DNA from: a candidate division WOR-3 bacterium
GTDB lineage: Bacteria; Hydrothermota; Tepidihabitantia; Tepidihabitantales; DTDR01
NCBI GenBank assembly: GCA_039801885.1
Contig: JBDRVN010000012.1
Span: 1 to 37,267, forward strand
Direction of reading: 5' to 3'
Length of the DNA: 37,267 nucleotides
Of this stretch, positions 18,289 to 28,820 are shown piece by piece. Positions within the stretch are counted from its first letter, which is position 1. Each line of letters begins with the position of its first letter. The notes below the pieces were generated by a model. That model made no database searches and was not told the DNA's origin. It worked only from the letters and a program-made list of their open reading frames with translations. A program made the position numbers and the translations under genes.

Positions 18289-20305
18289 TTTCTTTTTTCA
18301 GTAATTTTACCTCATCTCTGGGAAGAGTGATCAAAAATTTTTCAGTTATAATTTTCAAAAGATTATTTTTAATTTCCACAATTGTGCCAATCTTTTTTAA
18401 TCTTTTAATATATACTTTATCACCAATTTTTAAATCTCTTTCTTCATCAAAAAAATACAGGAGATTTTTTTCTTCCTGAATTTCTGATAAATTAATTTCG
18501 ATAAATTTTTTAGCTTCTCTTATTGCTTCCTTTTTTTGGGTTTTAATTATTTTTAGGAAATTCTCCAGTTCTTTTCGAGCATTTAAAAAGAAATTTTCTT
18601 TTTCTTTTAAGAATTCTTTTTGATAATTTTTAAAAATTGTGAGTAATTCTTTGTTTTTTTCTTCGTAATCTTTTATCAACTTTTCTAATCTTTTTTCTTT
18701 ATCCTTTAATTCTTCTATTTTTTCTCGATATTTTTTTATTTCTTTTTCCCATTCACTCAATTTTGTTTTTAAAGTGAGAAAATCAGTTTTTAAATATTGG
18801 TTGGCTCTTTCAATTATTTCTTTTTCCAAACCAATTGTTTGAGCAATTTCTAAGGCACTAGATTGGCCCGGAATACCGATAATTAATCGATAGGTTGGTT
18901 TTTCTTTATATTCCATAGCAGCATTTAAAATTTTCGATGAGTTATGGGCAAAGATTTTTAAGCGGGGTGAATGAGTAGTAACAAAAACAAAAGAGTTCTT
19001 TTTAAATAGTTCTTCTAAAATTGCTATTGCTAATGCATCACCTTCTTCCGGAGAAGTATCCCTTCCTAACTCATCTAACAAAATTAATGAATTGGCATCT
19101 GCTTTTTCCAGAAATTCTTTTATTTTTTTTATATGAACATGAAAAGAGGACAATCCTCTTTCTAAAGACTGTTCATCTCCGATATCAGCAAAAATTTTTT
19201 TAAAAAATGGGATTTTACTGTTTATTCCTACCGGCGGAAATATTCCTGATTGAGTTAATAGCGAGATCATTCCAATTGTTTTTAAAGTTGCTGTTTTGCC
19301 ACCGGCATTTGGTCCAGAGATTAAAAGAATCTTTATCTCCTTTGGTAATTGAAAAGAGAGAGGTGTTACTTCTTTTTTTATTTTTAATAGAAGAGGATGG
19401 TAGGCAGAATTTATTTGAAATTCGTTATTTTCGGAAATTTCAATTCTTTGACAATGATACTCTTCAGTAAATTTTGCTTTGGCATTTAAAGCGTCTAAAT
19501 AAGCAATTGTTTCGCAGGTTTTATTTATATTGGGATATCTTTTAACCACTTCTTCCGTTAATTCTTTTAAAATTTTTTTCTTTTCTTCTGCTAATTGACG
19601 ATTAATTTTTATAAGTGAGTTGTTTTCTTCCACAATCTCTAAAGGTTCACAAAAAGCAGTTTTTTCTGTTTCGGAGTAATCGTGAACAATTCCTGGAAAT
19701 TTGCTAATTAAATTGGTTTTAATTGGTAGCACATATCGCTCTCCACACAAAGTATAATTGTTAATTGCTAAAAAATCTCTTTTTTCTTTAATTATTTTTT
19801 TTAATTTATTAATAATTTTCTCTCTTAAATTTTTTATTTCAGAAAGAATTTTTAAAAGTTGGGGAAAAGATTCGTATTTAATCTCGCCATCTTCTTCAAT
19901 TTTCTCTTCAATCATTGATATCAATTGTTGATAATTATTTAGATTATTTAAGTAAAATACGAAGGAGGAAGGAAGATTTTTTAAGGGGAAATATTTTTTA
20001 ATTTTTTCTACATCTTTTAAGAAGTTTTTTATCAAAATTAAGATTTTTCCATCAAAATAATAACCTTTTTTTAGCTCTTCCCTTAGGAACTCTGCCAAAT
20101 TAAAAAAACTTCGGTAGGAGGGTCTTTCTTTTAGAGAGAGATAATATTCCAAATGGCTGAATTCCTTTTTAATTGTCTCTATTTCAGAAGAAGGTAAAGA
20201 ATTTAAAACCAATTCCTTGCCTAAAGTAGTTTCGCAATAATCAGCAATTAAACTAAGCACTTTTTGATATTCTAAATTTAAAAGTGTTTCTTTATCGCAA
20301 ATCAC
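18266..20305 (-). CDS. mutS2: MutS2 (RqcU)-family ATPase lacking the C-terminal Smr domain; start inferred at GTG 20305
   Basis: ETLLNLEY N-terminus, GIVHDYS, HPLL, SGPNAGGKT, DIGDEQS, LSSF, LLDELG, TTH, PGQSSA, coiled coil, KOW-like LKIGDKVYI. Confidence 0.9.
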   Translation of the reverse strand: MICDKETLLNLEYQKVLSLIADYCETTLGKELVLNSLPSSEIETIKKEFSHLEYYLSLKERPSYRSFFNLAEFLREELKKGYYFDGKILILIKNFLKDVEKIKKYFPLKNLPSSFVFYLNNLNNYQQLISMIEEKIEEDGEIKYESFPQLLKILSEIKNLREKIINKLKKIIKEKRDFLAINNYTLCGERYVLPIKTNLISKFPGIVHDYSETEKTAFCEPLEIVEENNSLIKINRQLAEEKKKILKELTEEVVKRYPNINKTCETIAYLDALNAKAKFTEEYHCQRIEISENNEFQINSAYHPLLLKIKKEVTPLSFQLPKEIKILLISGPNAGGKTATLKTIGMISLLTQSGIFPPVGINSKIPFFKKIFADIGDEQSLERGLSSFHVHIKKIKEFLEKADANSLILLDELGRDTSPEEGDALAIAILEELFKKNSFVFVTTHSPRLKIFAHNSSKILNAAMEYKEKPTYRLIIGIPGQSSALEIAQTIGLEKEIIERANQYLKTDFLTLKTKLSEWEKEIKKYREKIEELKDKEKRLEKLIKDYEEKNKELLTIFKNYQKEFLKEKENFFLNARKELENFLKIIKTQKKEAIREAKKFIEINLSEIQEEKNLLYFFDEERDLKIGDKVYIKRLKKIGTIVEIKNNLLKIITEKFLITLPRDEVKLLKKENGEKRDY

Positions 20306-20306
20306 T

Positions 20307-20498
20307 TTACATCTGTTGTATCTTTTTTCGCCATCTTCGTGTTGCTTCAGCCAGGCGTTTCTTTTTCTTTTCGCTGGGTTTTTCATAATATTCTTTTCTT
20401 TTAATATCTTGTAGAATCCCAGCTTTTTCCACTGCCCGGCGGAAACGGCGAATAAAGCTTTCAAAAGGTTCGCCATCCCGAACTTCAATTTTGGTCAT
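20307..20498 (-). CDS. rpsU: 30S ribosomal protein S21
   Basis: EPFESFIRRFRR...KEYYEKPSEKKK; SD GGGGGTG upstream. Confidence 0.97.
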   Translation of the reverse strand: MTKIEVRDGEPFESFIRRFRRAVEKAGILQDIKRKEYYEKPSEKKKKRLAEATRRWRKKIQQM

Positions 20499-20524
20499 TT
20501 TTTCACCCCCTTTTACTGTGAAAA

Positions 20525-21262
20525 TTAAATATTATTGAATTCATATAAAATTAAACTGATTGCGACAATCCCTGCGGTTTCGCTTCTTAATCTTCTTTTT
20601 CCTAGGGAAAAAAATTGTGCTCCTTCTTCTTCGGCCATTTTTACTTCTTTTATAGTAAAACCGCCTTCCGGACCAATTATTAATAGGATGGTTTTAATAT
20701 TTTTTTTAATAATATTAGCTAATTTAGTTTCGCTATCTTCATAGGCTAAAAGGACTAAATCGAAAGAGGAGAAATTATTAATTAATTCCTTAAAAGTTAA
20801 TGGTTTATAAATTTTCGGTAAAAGAGTACCAGCCGATGTTTTTAACGAAGCGATAGAAATTTTTTTTAATCTTTTTAATTTATTTTCATTTATCTTAACT
20901 ACCGTATTTTGAAAATAAACCGGAATAAAACCACTAATTCCTAATTCGGTTGCCTTTCCTAACATTATTTCTGTATTTTCGCCTTTTAACGGTGAGCTTG
21001 CTAACGTAATTTTAATATCTGGCTCTCTTGGTAAAAATTTTTTACTCAAAACTTCTCCAGTTAATTTCTCTTTTTCGACACCGGTTATTAGAAGCTCATA
21101 TTCATAACCATAACCGTCGGTTAATTTTATTTTATCACCAACTTTGTGTCTCATTACCTTTAAAATATGTTTTGCTTCGTCATTTTTTATTATTATATTT
21201 TCACCAATTTCTAATCTCTGGGGATAATAATAAATTTCGCAGGATAAAAAATCTCTCCTCAT
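20525..21262 (-). CDS. rsmE: 16S rRNA m3U1498 methyltransferase
   Basis: [31 protein letters not shown]. Confidence 0.95.
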   Translation of the reverse strand: MRRDFLSCEIYYYPQRLEIGENIIIKNDEAKHILKVMRHKVGDKIKLTDGYGYEYELLITGVEKEKLTGEVLSKKFLPREPDIKITLASSPLKGENTEIMLGKATELGISGFIPVYFQNTVVKINENKLKRLKKISIASLKTSAGTLLPKIYKPLTFKELINNFSSFDLVLLAYEDSETKLANIIKKNIKTILLIIGPEGGFTIKEVKMAEEEGAQFFSLGKRRLRSETAGIVAISLILYEFNNI

Positions 21263-22407
21263 TTGGTTTCTTTAGGACGTCTTGGCGGTGGCGGGGGTTC
21301 GGTAGATTTTTTCTTTAATTCTTCCAATAATTTTTTTTCTTCTTCGGAAAGAAAACTGGGAAAAAAGATTTTAATTTTTACTAATAAATCACCACAGGAA
21401 TTAGATGTCTTTAATCCTGATTCTTTAATTCTAATTATTTGTCCATCTTGGATACCAGGATTAATTTTAATTTTTTTATTGCCTCTCAAAGTGGGTACTT
21501 CAATTTCACCACCAATTAAAGCAGTAGTATAATGAATAGGAATTTCTACCATTAAATCAAGCCTCTTTCTTAAAAAAAGAGGATGAGGAATTTCTTCAAA
21601 TTCAATAATTACATCTCCTTTCCCATCTTCGCCATAATGACCTTCGCCCTTTAAAATTAAGTAATTATTTTCGATAATTTCCTTAGGAATTTTAATTTTA
21701 AATATTTTTCTTTTTTTTAGTCGGCCGCTTCCTCCACAAACCTTACAGGCTTCTTTAATTACCTTTCCAGTTCCGCCACAATTATGACAAGTAGTAATTT
21801 TGATTATCTGGCTAAAGGCACTTCTTTGAATCTGTTGAATTTCTCCTTTACCTTTACAAATCGGACAGGTAGTTTTACCTTTACCGCCAATTCCTTGGCA
21901 CTCGGGACATTTTTCATAACGTTCTAATTCAAAAGTTTTTTCCTTGCTTTCAGCAATATCTTCTAAGGTTAATTTCATTTTTACTACTATATTGCCGCCA
22001 ACAACTTTTCTTTTTCTTTCTTTTGTTGGTCTTTCCCAAATATCAAAAATAGGTTCTTCTTCAAAAAACTTTTTAAGAAATTCAAAGGGGTCAAAAGTAC
22101 CTCCAAAAATATCTCGCCATTCATTGGTATGAGTAAAATGTTCCCAGGTAAAACCACTTGGTCCAAATTTCTGGGATACTCCTTCATGACCATAAAGGTC
22201 GTACAATCTTCTTTTTTCATCGTCTAATAGAACTTCATAGGCTTCGGAGATTTCCTTGAATTTTTCTTCGGCTTCTTTTCGATTGTTAGGATTCATATCT
22301 GGATGGTATTTTTTGGCTAAACGGCGATAAGCCTGTTTAATTTCTTCTTTAGTAGCGTTTCGTGATACTCCTAAAATTTCGTAATAATCTTTCTTCGTTT
22401 TTTCCAT
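21259..22407 (-). CDS. dnaJ: Chaperone DnaJ
   Basis: J domain with HPD, G/F-like region, four CxxCxGxG repeats, C-terminal domain. Confidence 0.96.
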   Translation of the reverse strand: MEKTKKDYYEILGVSRNATKEEIKQAYRRLAKKYHPDMNPNNRKEAEEKFKEISEAYEVLLDDEKRRLYDLYGHEGVSQKFGPSGFTWEHFTHTNEWRDIFGGTFDPFEFLKKFFEEEPIFDIWERPTKERKRKVVGGNIVVKMKLTLEDIAESKEKTFELERYEKCPECQGIGGKGKTTCPICKGKGEIQQIQRSAFSQIIKITTCHNCGGTGKVIKEACKVCGGSGRLKKRKIFKIKIPKEIIENNYLILKGEGHYGEDGKGDVIIEFEEIPHPLFLRKRLDLMVEIPIHYTTALIGGEIEVPTLRGNKKIKINPGIQDGQIIRIKESGLKTSNSCGDLLVKIKIFFPSFLSEEEKKLLEELKKKSTEPPPPPRRPKETK

Positions 22408-22470
22408 AATAAAGAAATAACTACAATCTCTTATTTATAAATAATTAAAATTTTTTTGAAAACCTTTTCG

Positions 22471-22923
22471 TTAACTAACCTTTATTCTTTTTGCTTTTAA
22501 TAATGGTTGGGCAGCTTCTTCTAACTCTTTTATCGTTATGTTAATTATTCTTTTGTCTTTTTTGATTAATGCTTTCTTTAATCTTTCTAACCTGTCTTCG
22601 ATTTGTTTTCTTTCCTTATTACTTAAAGAGCCACCATATTTTTTTAATTTATTTTGAATAGTAAAATACTTAATTCGACCACGCATCAGCGGTTTTTTAA
22701 GTTCTTTGAGAGCGGTAATCAACTCTTTACTTGCGAATCTCCTTAAAATCCTTTCTTCAATTTGTCGCACTCTTTCGCGGGTGATATTAAGTTTATTGCC
22801 AATTGCCTGCAAAGTGTGAGGAATTTCGCCGCCCAAGCCATAACGTAACCGAATAACTTCTTCTTCTCTTTTTGTTAATGATTTAAGTATTTTTTCCAGT
22901 TTTCCATCTAAATTACTTAACAT
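22471..22923 (-). CDS. Sigma70 region-4 domain fused to a DnaK C-terminal lid-like domain
   Basis: SD AAGGAG. aa 5-63 align with RpoD region 4 of this window; aa 88-144 align without gaps with DnaK aa 538-594 of this window. Confidence 0.85.
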   Translation of the reverse strand: MLSNLDGKLEKILKSLTKREEEVIRLRYGLGGEIPHTLQAIGNKLNITRERVRQIEERILRRFASKELITALKELKKPLMRGRIKYFTIQNKLKKYGGSLSNKERKQIEDRLERLKKALIKKDKRIINITIKELEEAAQPLLKAKRIKVS

Positions 22924-22935
22924 AGTTTCTCCTTT

Positions 22936-24798
22936 TTAAGATCTATTATCTTCATCATAAACTTCATAATCTTTTTTATCTTTTTCTTCTTTTTTAGCTT
23001 GAGCCTGTTGATACATTGCTTCGGCTAAACGATGACTAACTTTTTGTAATTCCTCAATTGCTCTTTCTATTTCTTCCTTATTATCTCCTTTCATTACTTC
23101 CTTTAATCGATTTAATTTTTCTTCTATCTCCCTTTTATCATTTTCGGAAATTTTATCCCCAAACTCTTTTAAATTTTTTTCAATAGTATAAGCTAAGGTA
23201 TCGGCTTTATTTCTGGTTTCAACCAATTCTTTTTTATGTTGATCTTCTTCTCGATATATCTCAGCTTCCTTAACCATTCTTTCAATTTCTTCTTTTGTCA
23301 AACCAGAAGAAGGGATAACTCTCATACTTTGTTCTTTTTTGGTAGCTAAATCTCGAGCGGTGACATGTAAAATTCCGTCAGCATCGATATCAAAGATAAC
23401 TTCGATTTGGGGAACTCCTCGCGGAGCCGGAGGAATACCATGAAGTTCAAATCTTCCTAAACTTTTATTATCAGCGGCCATCGGCCTTTCACCTTGTAAA
23501 ATATGAATTGTGACTGCTGTTTGATTATCTTCGGCGGTTGTAAAGATTTGACTCTTTCTTGTGGGAATAGTGGTGTTTCTTTCAATAATTTTAGTGAAAA
23601 CACCGCCAAGCGTTTCAATGCCTAAGGAAAGGGGAGTAACATCCAAAAGGACAATATCTTTAATTTCACCGGCAAGAATTGCTCCTTGGATAGCAGCACC
23701 AATTGCCACTACCTCATCAGGATTAATTCCTTTGTGTGGTTCTTTACCAAAGAAATCTTTTACTACTTCCTGAACTCGCGGCATTCTCGTTTGGCCACCG
23801 ACTAAAATTACTTCGTCAATATCTTCCGGCCGTAATTTAGCATCGGCTAAGCAATTTTTAACCGGTTCCAAAGTTTTTTGAATTAAATCCTCCACCATCG
23901 CTTCTAAACGCGCACGAGTCAGTTTTAATTCTAAATGGATAGGTCCTCTTTCCGGGTCAGAATAAATGAAAGGTAAACTTATTAAGGTTTCATATTTGGT
24001 AGAAAGTTCTCTTTTTGCTTTTTCTGCCGCCTCTCTAATTCTTTGTAAGGCAGTCCGGTCCCTAGAAAGATCAATTTTAAATTCTTTTTTTGCTTCTTCT
24101 AATATCCATTGAACAATTCTGGCGTCAAAATCATCGCCGCCTAAATGAGTGTTTCCATTAGTGGCAATAACTTCAAAGACCCCTTCACCAATTTCTAAAA
24201 TAGAAATATCAAAAGTACCTCCACCTAAATCATAAACAGCAATTTTTTCATTTTTTTTCTTATCTAAACCATAAGCAAGGGAAGCGGCAGTTGGTTCATT
24301 AATAATCCTTAATACTTCTAAGCCGGCAATCTTGCCAGCATCCTTGGTAGCCTGTCTTTGGGCATCATTAAAATAAGCAGGAACAGTAATAACCGCTTTA
24401 TCGATCTTTTCGCCAAGATATTGTTCAGCAGCATTTTTTAAATATTCTAAAATTAGTGCAGAAATTTGGGGTGGTGAATACTTTTTCTCTTCTACTTCCA
24501 CCCAAGCATCACCATTATCTGCCGGAACCACTTTATAAGGAACCAGTTTTATCTCTTCGGTAACTTCGGAGTATTTCCTTCCCATAAAACGTTTTATAGA
24601 ATAAATTGTTTTATCAGGATTGATTATTGCCTGCCTTTTCGCAAGGGTGCCAACCAGTCTTTCTTTGCCAAAAGCAACCACCGAGGGAGTGGTTCTTTCT
24701 CCTTCCGGGTTGGGAATAACTACTGTTTGACCCTTTTCCATCACTGCCACAACAGAAAAGGTTGTTCCTAAATCTATGCCAATTACTCTTTTTCCCAT
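22936..24798 (-). CDS. dnaK: Chaperone DnaK (Hsp70)
   Basis: [49 protein letters not shown]. Confidence 0.98.
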   Translation of the reverse strand: MGKRVIGIDLGTTFSVVAVMEKGQTVVIPNPEGERTTPSVVAFGKERLVGTLAKRQAIINPDKTIYSIKRFMGRKYSEVTEEIKLVPYKVVPADNGDAWVEVEEKKYSPPQISALILEYLKNAAEQYLGEKIDKAVITVPAYFNDAQRQATKDAGKIAGLEVLRIINEPTAASLAYGLDKKKNEKIAVYDLGGGTFDISILEIGEGVFEVIATNGNTHLGGDDFDARIVQWILEEAKKEFKIDLSRDRTALQRIREAAEKAKRELSTKYETLISLPFIYSDPERGPIHLELKLTRARLEAMVEDLIQKTLEPVKNCLADAKLRPEDIDEVILVGGQTRMPRVQEVVKDFFGKEPHKGINPDEVVAIGAAIQGAILAGEIKDIVLLDVTPLSLGIETLGGVFTKIIERNTTIPTRKSQIFTTAEDNQTAVTIHILQGERPMAADNKSLGRFELHGIPPAPRGVPQIEVIFDIDADGILHVTARDLATKKEQSMRVIPSSGLTKEEIERMVKEAEIYREEDQHKKELVETRNKADTLAYTIEKNLKEFGDKISENDKREIEEKLNRLKEVMKGDNKEEIERAIEELQKVSHRLAEAMYQQAQAKKEEKDKKDYEVYDEDNRS

Positions 24799-24836
24799 CT
24801 TACCTCCTTTATCCTTTCTACATTTATTAGACTCAT

Positions 24837-25304
24837 TTAATCCTCCAAAGGATTTTGTTTTTCTTTGCTCACGATTACTTGCGCTGGTTTTAAAATATAG
24901 TCCTTGTAAAGATAGCCTTTACTAACTTCTTCCACAATTTTGTTAGGTGGAACCTTATTTGTTTCCACATAACCAATAGCCTCAGCATATTTTGGATCAA
25001 AGTCTTTTTCTAATAAAGAATATTCTTTTAATCCGTATTTTTCTAAAACATTTCTCATTTGATTATAGATTATTTCCAAACCTCTCTTTAAACTTTGAAA
25101 ATCATTATTTAATTGAGAATGAAATAGAGCCCGATTGAAATTTTCTAAAATTGGGATGATATCAACAAAAAAGTCTTTCAAGCTTAATTCCTTAGCAATT
25201 GAAACTTCTCTTTCCTTCCTTTTCCGAAAATTATCAAATTCGGCTAACAAACGTACATAACTATCTTTTAATAAAGTTACCGGTCCGACTTTTTTCTTTT
25301 CCAT
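24837..25304 (-). CDS. grpE: Nucleotide exchange factor GrpE (start likely ATG 25304)
   Basis: [37 protein letters not shown]. The upstream TTG start overlaps the promoter. Confidence 0.92.
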   Translation of the reverse strand: MEKKKVGPVTLLKDSYVRLLAEFDNFRKRKEREVSIAKELSLKDFFVDIIPILENFNRALFHSQLNNDFQSLKRGLEIIYNQMRNVLEKYGLKEYSLLEKDFDPKYAEAIGYVETNKVPPNKIVEEVSKGYLYKDYILKPAQVIVSKEKQNPLED

Positions 25305-25330
25305 CTTGACTTTTATTATTTTAATATTAT

Positions 25331-25359
25331 AATATACCAAAAAATTTATGATTTGTCAA
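25331..25359 (-). promoter_or_regulatory. sigma70 promoter of the grpE-dnaK cluster
   Basis: TTGACA-N17-TATATT with extended TG; overlaps a plus-strand TTGACT-N16-TATAAT (25306-25333). Confidence 0.65.
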
Positions 25360-25383
25360 CAAGTAAAGATTTAAGGAGGAGAT

Positions 25384-25866
25384 ATGGAAATAAAGATAAT
25401 TGAAATAAAAAAACCGGTGGAAGTGAATGTTATTTTAGGACAAAGCCATTTTATTAAAACCGTTGAAGACTTATATGAAATAATTGTTAATACCAATCCA
25501 AGTGCGAAATTCGGGATTGCCTTTTGCGAATCTTCTGGACCTTGTTTAGTGCGTGCCGAAGGTAATGATGAGGATTTGAAAAATTTAGCAATTGAGAATG
25601 CTTTAAACATTAGTGCTGGTCATTCCTTTATAATTTTTTTAAAGGATGCTTACCCAATAAATATTTTAAACGGAATAAAACAGGTTTGTGAGGTCTGTTC
25701 AATCTATGCGGCAACAGCTAATCCTTTAAAAGTGATTGTAGTTGATGATGGAGAGGGCCGAGGAATATTAGGAGTGATTGATGGTTTGAAACCTAAGGGC
25801 GTAGAAAAAAAAGAAGATATTGAAAAAAGAAAAAAATTTTTGCGAGATATTAAATATAAATTATGA
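25384..25866 (+). CDS. Adenosine-specific kinase family protein (DUF355)
   Basis: [55 protein letters not shown]. Confidence 0.88.
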   Translation: MEIKIIEIKKPVEVNVILGQSHFIKTVEDLYEIIVNTNPSAKFGIAFCESSGPCLVRAEGNDEDLKNLAIENALNISAGHSFIIFLKDAYPINILNGIKQVCEVCSIYAATANPLKVIVVDDGEGRGILGVIDGLKPKGVEKKEDIEKRKKFLRDIKYKL

Positions 25867-27149
25867 TCTGGATAGAAAATATTAGCGAATACGAGGGAAA
25901 AGAAATTCTTTTAAAGGGTTGGGTTTATAATAAAAGATCTTCAGGGAAAATAAGATTTTTATTAATAAGAGATGGGACAGGAATCGTCCAAGCTGTTTTT
26001 AGTGCTGATGAGATTGATGAAAATTCTTTTGAACTTGCGGATAAGGTTACTCAAGAATCTTTGGTTGAATTAAAAGGAGTTGTGAGAAAGGATAACCGAG
26101 CACCAGGAGGATTTGAAATAGTTGCCAAGGAATTAAAACTTTTAAGTCCTTCGGAAAACTATCCGATTACTAAAAAAGAGCACGGCATTGATTTTCTTTT
26201 GCAAAATCGCCATCTTTGGTTTCGTTCAAGGAAGCAGTTTGCTATTTTAAGAATACGGGCAGAGGTGATTAAGGCTTGTCGTGATTTTTTAGATAACAAA
26301 GGTTTTGTTTTAATTGATGCACCAATTTTGACGCCAGCTTCTTGCGAAGGGACAACAACTTTATTTGAAGTCAATTATTTTGATAGAAAAGTTTATCTTT
26401 CCCAAAGTGGTCAGCTTTATAACGAAGCCGCAGCTGCCGCCTTTGGTCGGGTTTATTGTTTTGGCCCAACTTTCCGGGCAGAGAAATCAAAAACAAGAAG
26501 GCATTTAACCGAGTTTTGGATGGTGGAACCAGAGGCAAGTTTTATGGAACTTTTTGATATTATCAATTTGGCAGAAGATATGGTTTCTTATATTGTTGAA
26601 AGAGTTTTAGAAAAAAGAAAAAGAGAATTAGAGATTTTAGAAAGAGATATAAACTCATTATTAAATATCAAAAAACCTTTTCCAAGGATAACTTATGATG
26701 AGGCAATAAAAAAATTACAGGGAAAGGGGTTTAAAATAAATTGGGGAGACGATTTTGGCGGCGATGAAGAGACTTTCCTGTCAAATCTTTATGATAAGCC
26801 CTTAATAATTTATTACTATCCAGCCAAATGTAAAGCCTTTTATATGAAAAGATTGAAAGAGAATCCTGAGATTTCTTTGTCGGTTGATATTTTAGCACCA
26901 GAAGGATATGGTGAGATTGTTGGTGGTGGACAAAGAGAGGATGATTTAAAAGAATTGGAGAAAAGATTAGTAGAATATAATTTACCAAGAGAATCTTTGG
27001 AATGGTATTTAGATTTAAGAAAGTACGGTAGTTTTGTTCATTCGGGATTTGGTTTAGGAATTGAAAGAACCGTTGCTTGGATATGTAAGATTAAACATGT
27101 GCGCGAAGCAATACCTTTTCCCCGAATGATTGATAGAATTTATCCCTAA
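25863..27149 (+). CDS. asnS: Asparagine--tRNA ligase
   Basis: OB fold [50 protein letters not shown]. Confidence 0.93.
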   Translation: MIWIENISEYEGKEILLKGWVYNKRSSGKIRFLLIRDGTGIVQAVFSADEIDENSFELADKVTQESLVELKGVVRKDNRAPGGFEIVAKELKLLSPSENYPITKKEHGIDFLLQNRHLWFRSRKQFAILRIRAEVIKACRDFLDNKGFVLIDAPILTPASCEGTTTLFEVNYFDRKVYLSQSGQLYNEAAAAAFGRVYCFGPTFRAEKSKTRRHLTEFWMVEPEASFMELFDIINLAEDMVSYIVERVLEKRKRELEILERDINSLLNIKKPFPRITYDEAIKKLQGKGFKINWGDDFGGDEETFLSNLYDKPLIIYYYPAKCKAFYMKRLKENPEISLSVDILAPEGYGEIVGGGQREDDLKELEKRLVEYNLPRESLEWYLDLRKYGSFVHSGFGLGIERTVAWICKIKHVREAIPFPRMIDRIYP

Positions 27150-27150
27150 A

Positions 27151-27738
27151 TTATTTTATAAGAGTTTTTAAAAAATTCTTTAATTGGAAAAGGGCTTTTG
27201 CCCGATGGCTTATTTTATTTTTTTCTTCGTTTAAGAGGGCGAAAGTTTTATTATAGCCCTTAGGAATAAAAATTGGGTCATAGCCAAAACCTTTATTTCC
27301 CATTTTCTTTTCACTAATATAACCTTCACATTCGCCTTCAAAAAATTTTACTTTTTTTAGTGATAGAGCTAAAGCGATTACGCATTTAAATTTTGCCTTC
27401 CTTTTTTCTTTTTTTATACCTTTTAATAAACTCAGAACTTTTTTAATATTTTCTTTAGTATTTTTCTTTTTAGTAAAACGAGCCGATTTTAAACCCGGAG
27501 CACCGTTTAAATAATCAATCATTAAACCGGAATCTTCACCCATAGTAACATAACCAGTTTGTAATAAACCAGCAATCGCCTTTTTATAAGCATTTTCATA
27601 AAAACTATCGCCATCTTCTTTACAGGCAAATTTAATTTTTAAATCCTGCGGAGTTAAAATTTCAATGTTTAAATCAGAAAGGATTTTTTTTATCTCTTTT
27701 ATCTTTCCTTTATTATTGGTGGCTAAAAAAATCTTCAT
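27151..27738 (-). CDS. rdgB: dITP/XTP pyrophosphatase (RdgB/HAM1)
   Basis: ATNNKGK, ENAYKKA, EDSGL, GFGYDPIF, KNKISHR. Confidence 0.96.
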   Translation of the reverse strand: MKIFLATNNKGKIKEIKKILSDLNIEILTPQDLKIKFACKEDGDSFYENAYKKAIAGLLQTGYVTMGEDSGLMIDYLNGAPGLKSARFTKKKNTKENIKKVLSLLKGIKKEKRKAKFKCVIALALSLKKVKFFEGECEGYISEKKMGNKGFGYDPIFIPKGYNKTFALLNEEKNKISHRAKALFQLKNFLKTLIK

Positions 27739-28820
27739 AGGTATTTTTGATATTTTTTGCTTTCTTTCAATATTTTTAAGAAATTTTTTATTTTATCAAA
27801 CTCTTTCTTATCACAGACAAAAATAAGATCCTTTTCTTTTATCAGAATAAAATCTTTTATCCCTAAAGAAAAAATTGGTAAATCTTTTGTATAAAAGATA
27901 GAATTCTCTGTCTCTTTAGTAAAGATATTTCCGATTTTTATGTTATTCTTTTCATCTTTATCATAATATCTTTCTAAGGCTAAAATTGAGCCAACATCAT
28001 CCCAATCAAAAGTACCCTTTACTACGGCAATTCTTTCTGCCTTTTCCATAATGGCATAATCGACCGAAATATTTTCCACTTTTTCGTAAATCTTTTCTAA
28101 CAATTTCTTTTCTTTTTTAGTTCCTAAATATTTTTCTAATAATTTTAAATCTTCATAAAGAAGAGGCATAAACTTTTCTACCTGTTTTAAAAAATAACCG
28201 ACTTTCCAAATAAACATTCCGCTATTCCAAAGAAATCTTTTGCTTTCCAAAAATTCCTTTGCTTTTTCATAATCAGGTTTTTCAACGAATCTTTTTACTA
28301 AATAACTGGTCAAATTGTTTTCTTCTTTTATCAAATTATCAATTTCGATATACCCATAACCGGTTGCCGGATAAGTAGGCGGAATTCCAAAAGTTACGAG
28401 ATAATCTTCTTTGGCAATCTGGAAGGCGAAATCCACACATCTATAAAATTCTTTTAGATTTTTAATCAAATGGTCGGCTGGTAGGATAATAGTTAGAGCA
28501 TCGTTAATTTCTTTTTTGATATAAATTGAAGCAAGGGCAATGGCAATGGCGGTATTTTTTGATTGCGGCTCGAGAACTAAATTATTTTCTTTTAATTTTA
28601 ATAAATCTTTGGTATTTTTTGCCAAATCTTTAGGCACAACATATTTTTGGTATTTTAAAGGAATAATTTTACTTATTCTTTCTTTTGTTAATTTTAATAA
28701 TGATTTATTATAAAAAAGTTTTAAAAATTGTTTCGGTCTTTTAAAGCGACTGAGAGGCCAGAATCTTTCTCCTCGGCCACCAGCAATGATTATTGCATAT
28801 CTTTTTAAACTATCTCTCAT
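27735..28820 (-). CDS. manC: Mannose-1-phosphate guanylyltransferase
   Basis: AGGRGERFWPLSR...PKQF, PADH, TGYGYI, FVEKP, WNSGMF, SVDYAIME, WDDVGS. Confidence 0.94.
   Translation of the reverse strand: MRDSLKRYAIIIAGGRGERFWPLSRFKRPKQFLKLFYNKSLLKLTKERISKIIPLKYQKYVVPKDLAKNTKDLLKLKENNLVLEPQSKNTAIAIALASIYIKKEINDALTIILPADHLIKNLKEFYRCVDFAFQIAKEDYLVTFGIPPTYPATGYGYIEIDNLIKEENNLTSYLVKRFVEKPDYEKAKEFLESKRFLWNSGMFIWKVGYFLKQVEKFMPLLYEDLKLLEKYLGTKKEKKLLEKIYEKVENISVDYAIMEKAERIAVVKGTFDWDDVGSILALERYYDKDEKNNIKIGNIFTKETENSIFYTKDLPIFSLGIKDFILIKEKDLIFVCDKKEFDKIKNFLKILKESKKYQKYL

Noticed and set aside
20306-20488. 61-aa N-terminal extension of MutS2 in the ORF track
   Set aside because: It overlaps rpsU in another frame; MutS2 similarity starts after GTG 20305.
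22471-22923. Interpretation as a truncated rpoD or sigma32 pseudogene
   Set aside because: Intact ORF with its own SD, synonymous divergence in the conserved helix and a distinct second domain; no region-2 remnant.
25371-25610. 79-aa minus-strand ORF upstream of grpE (possible regulator)
   Set aside because: Antisense shadow of the well-conserved kinase-family gene; no motif.
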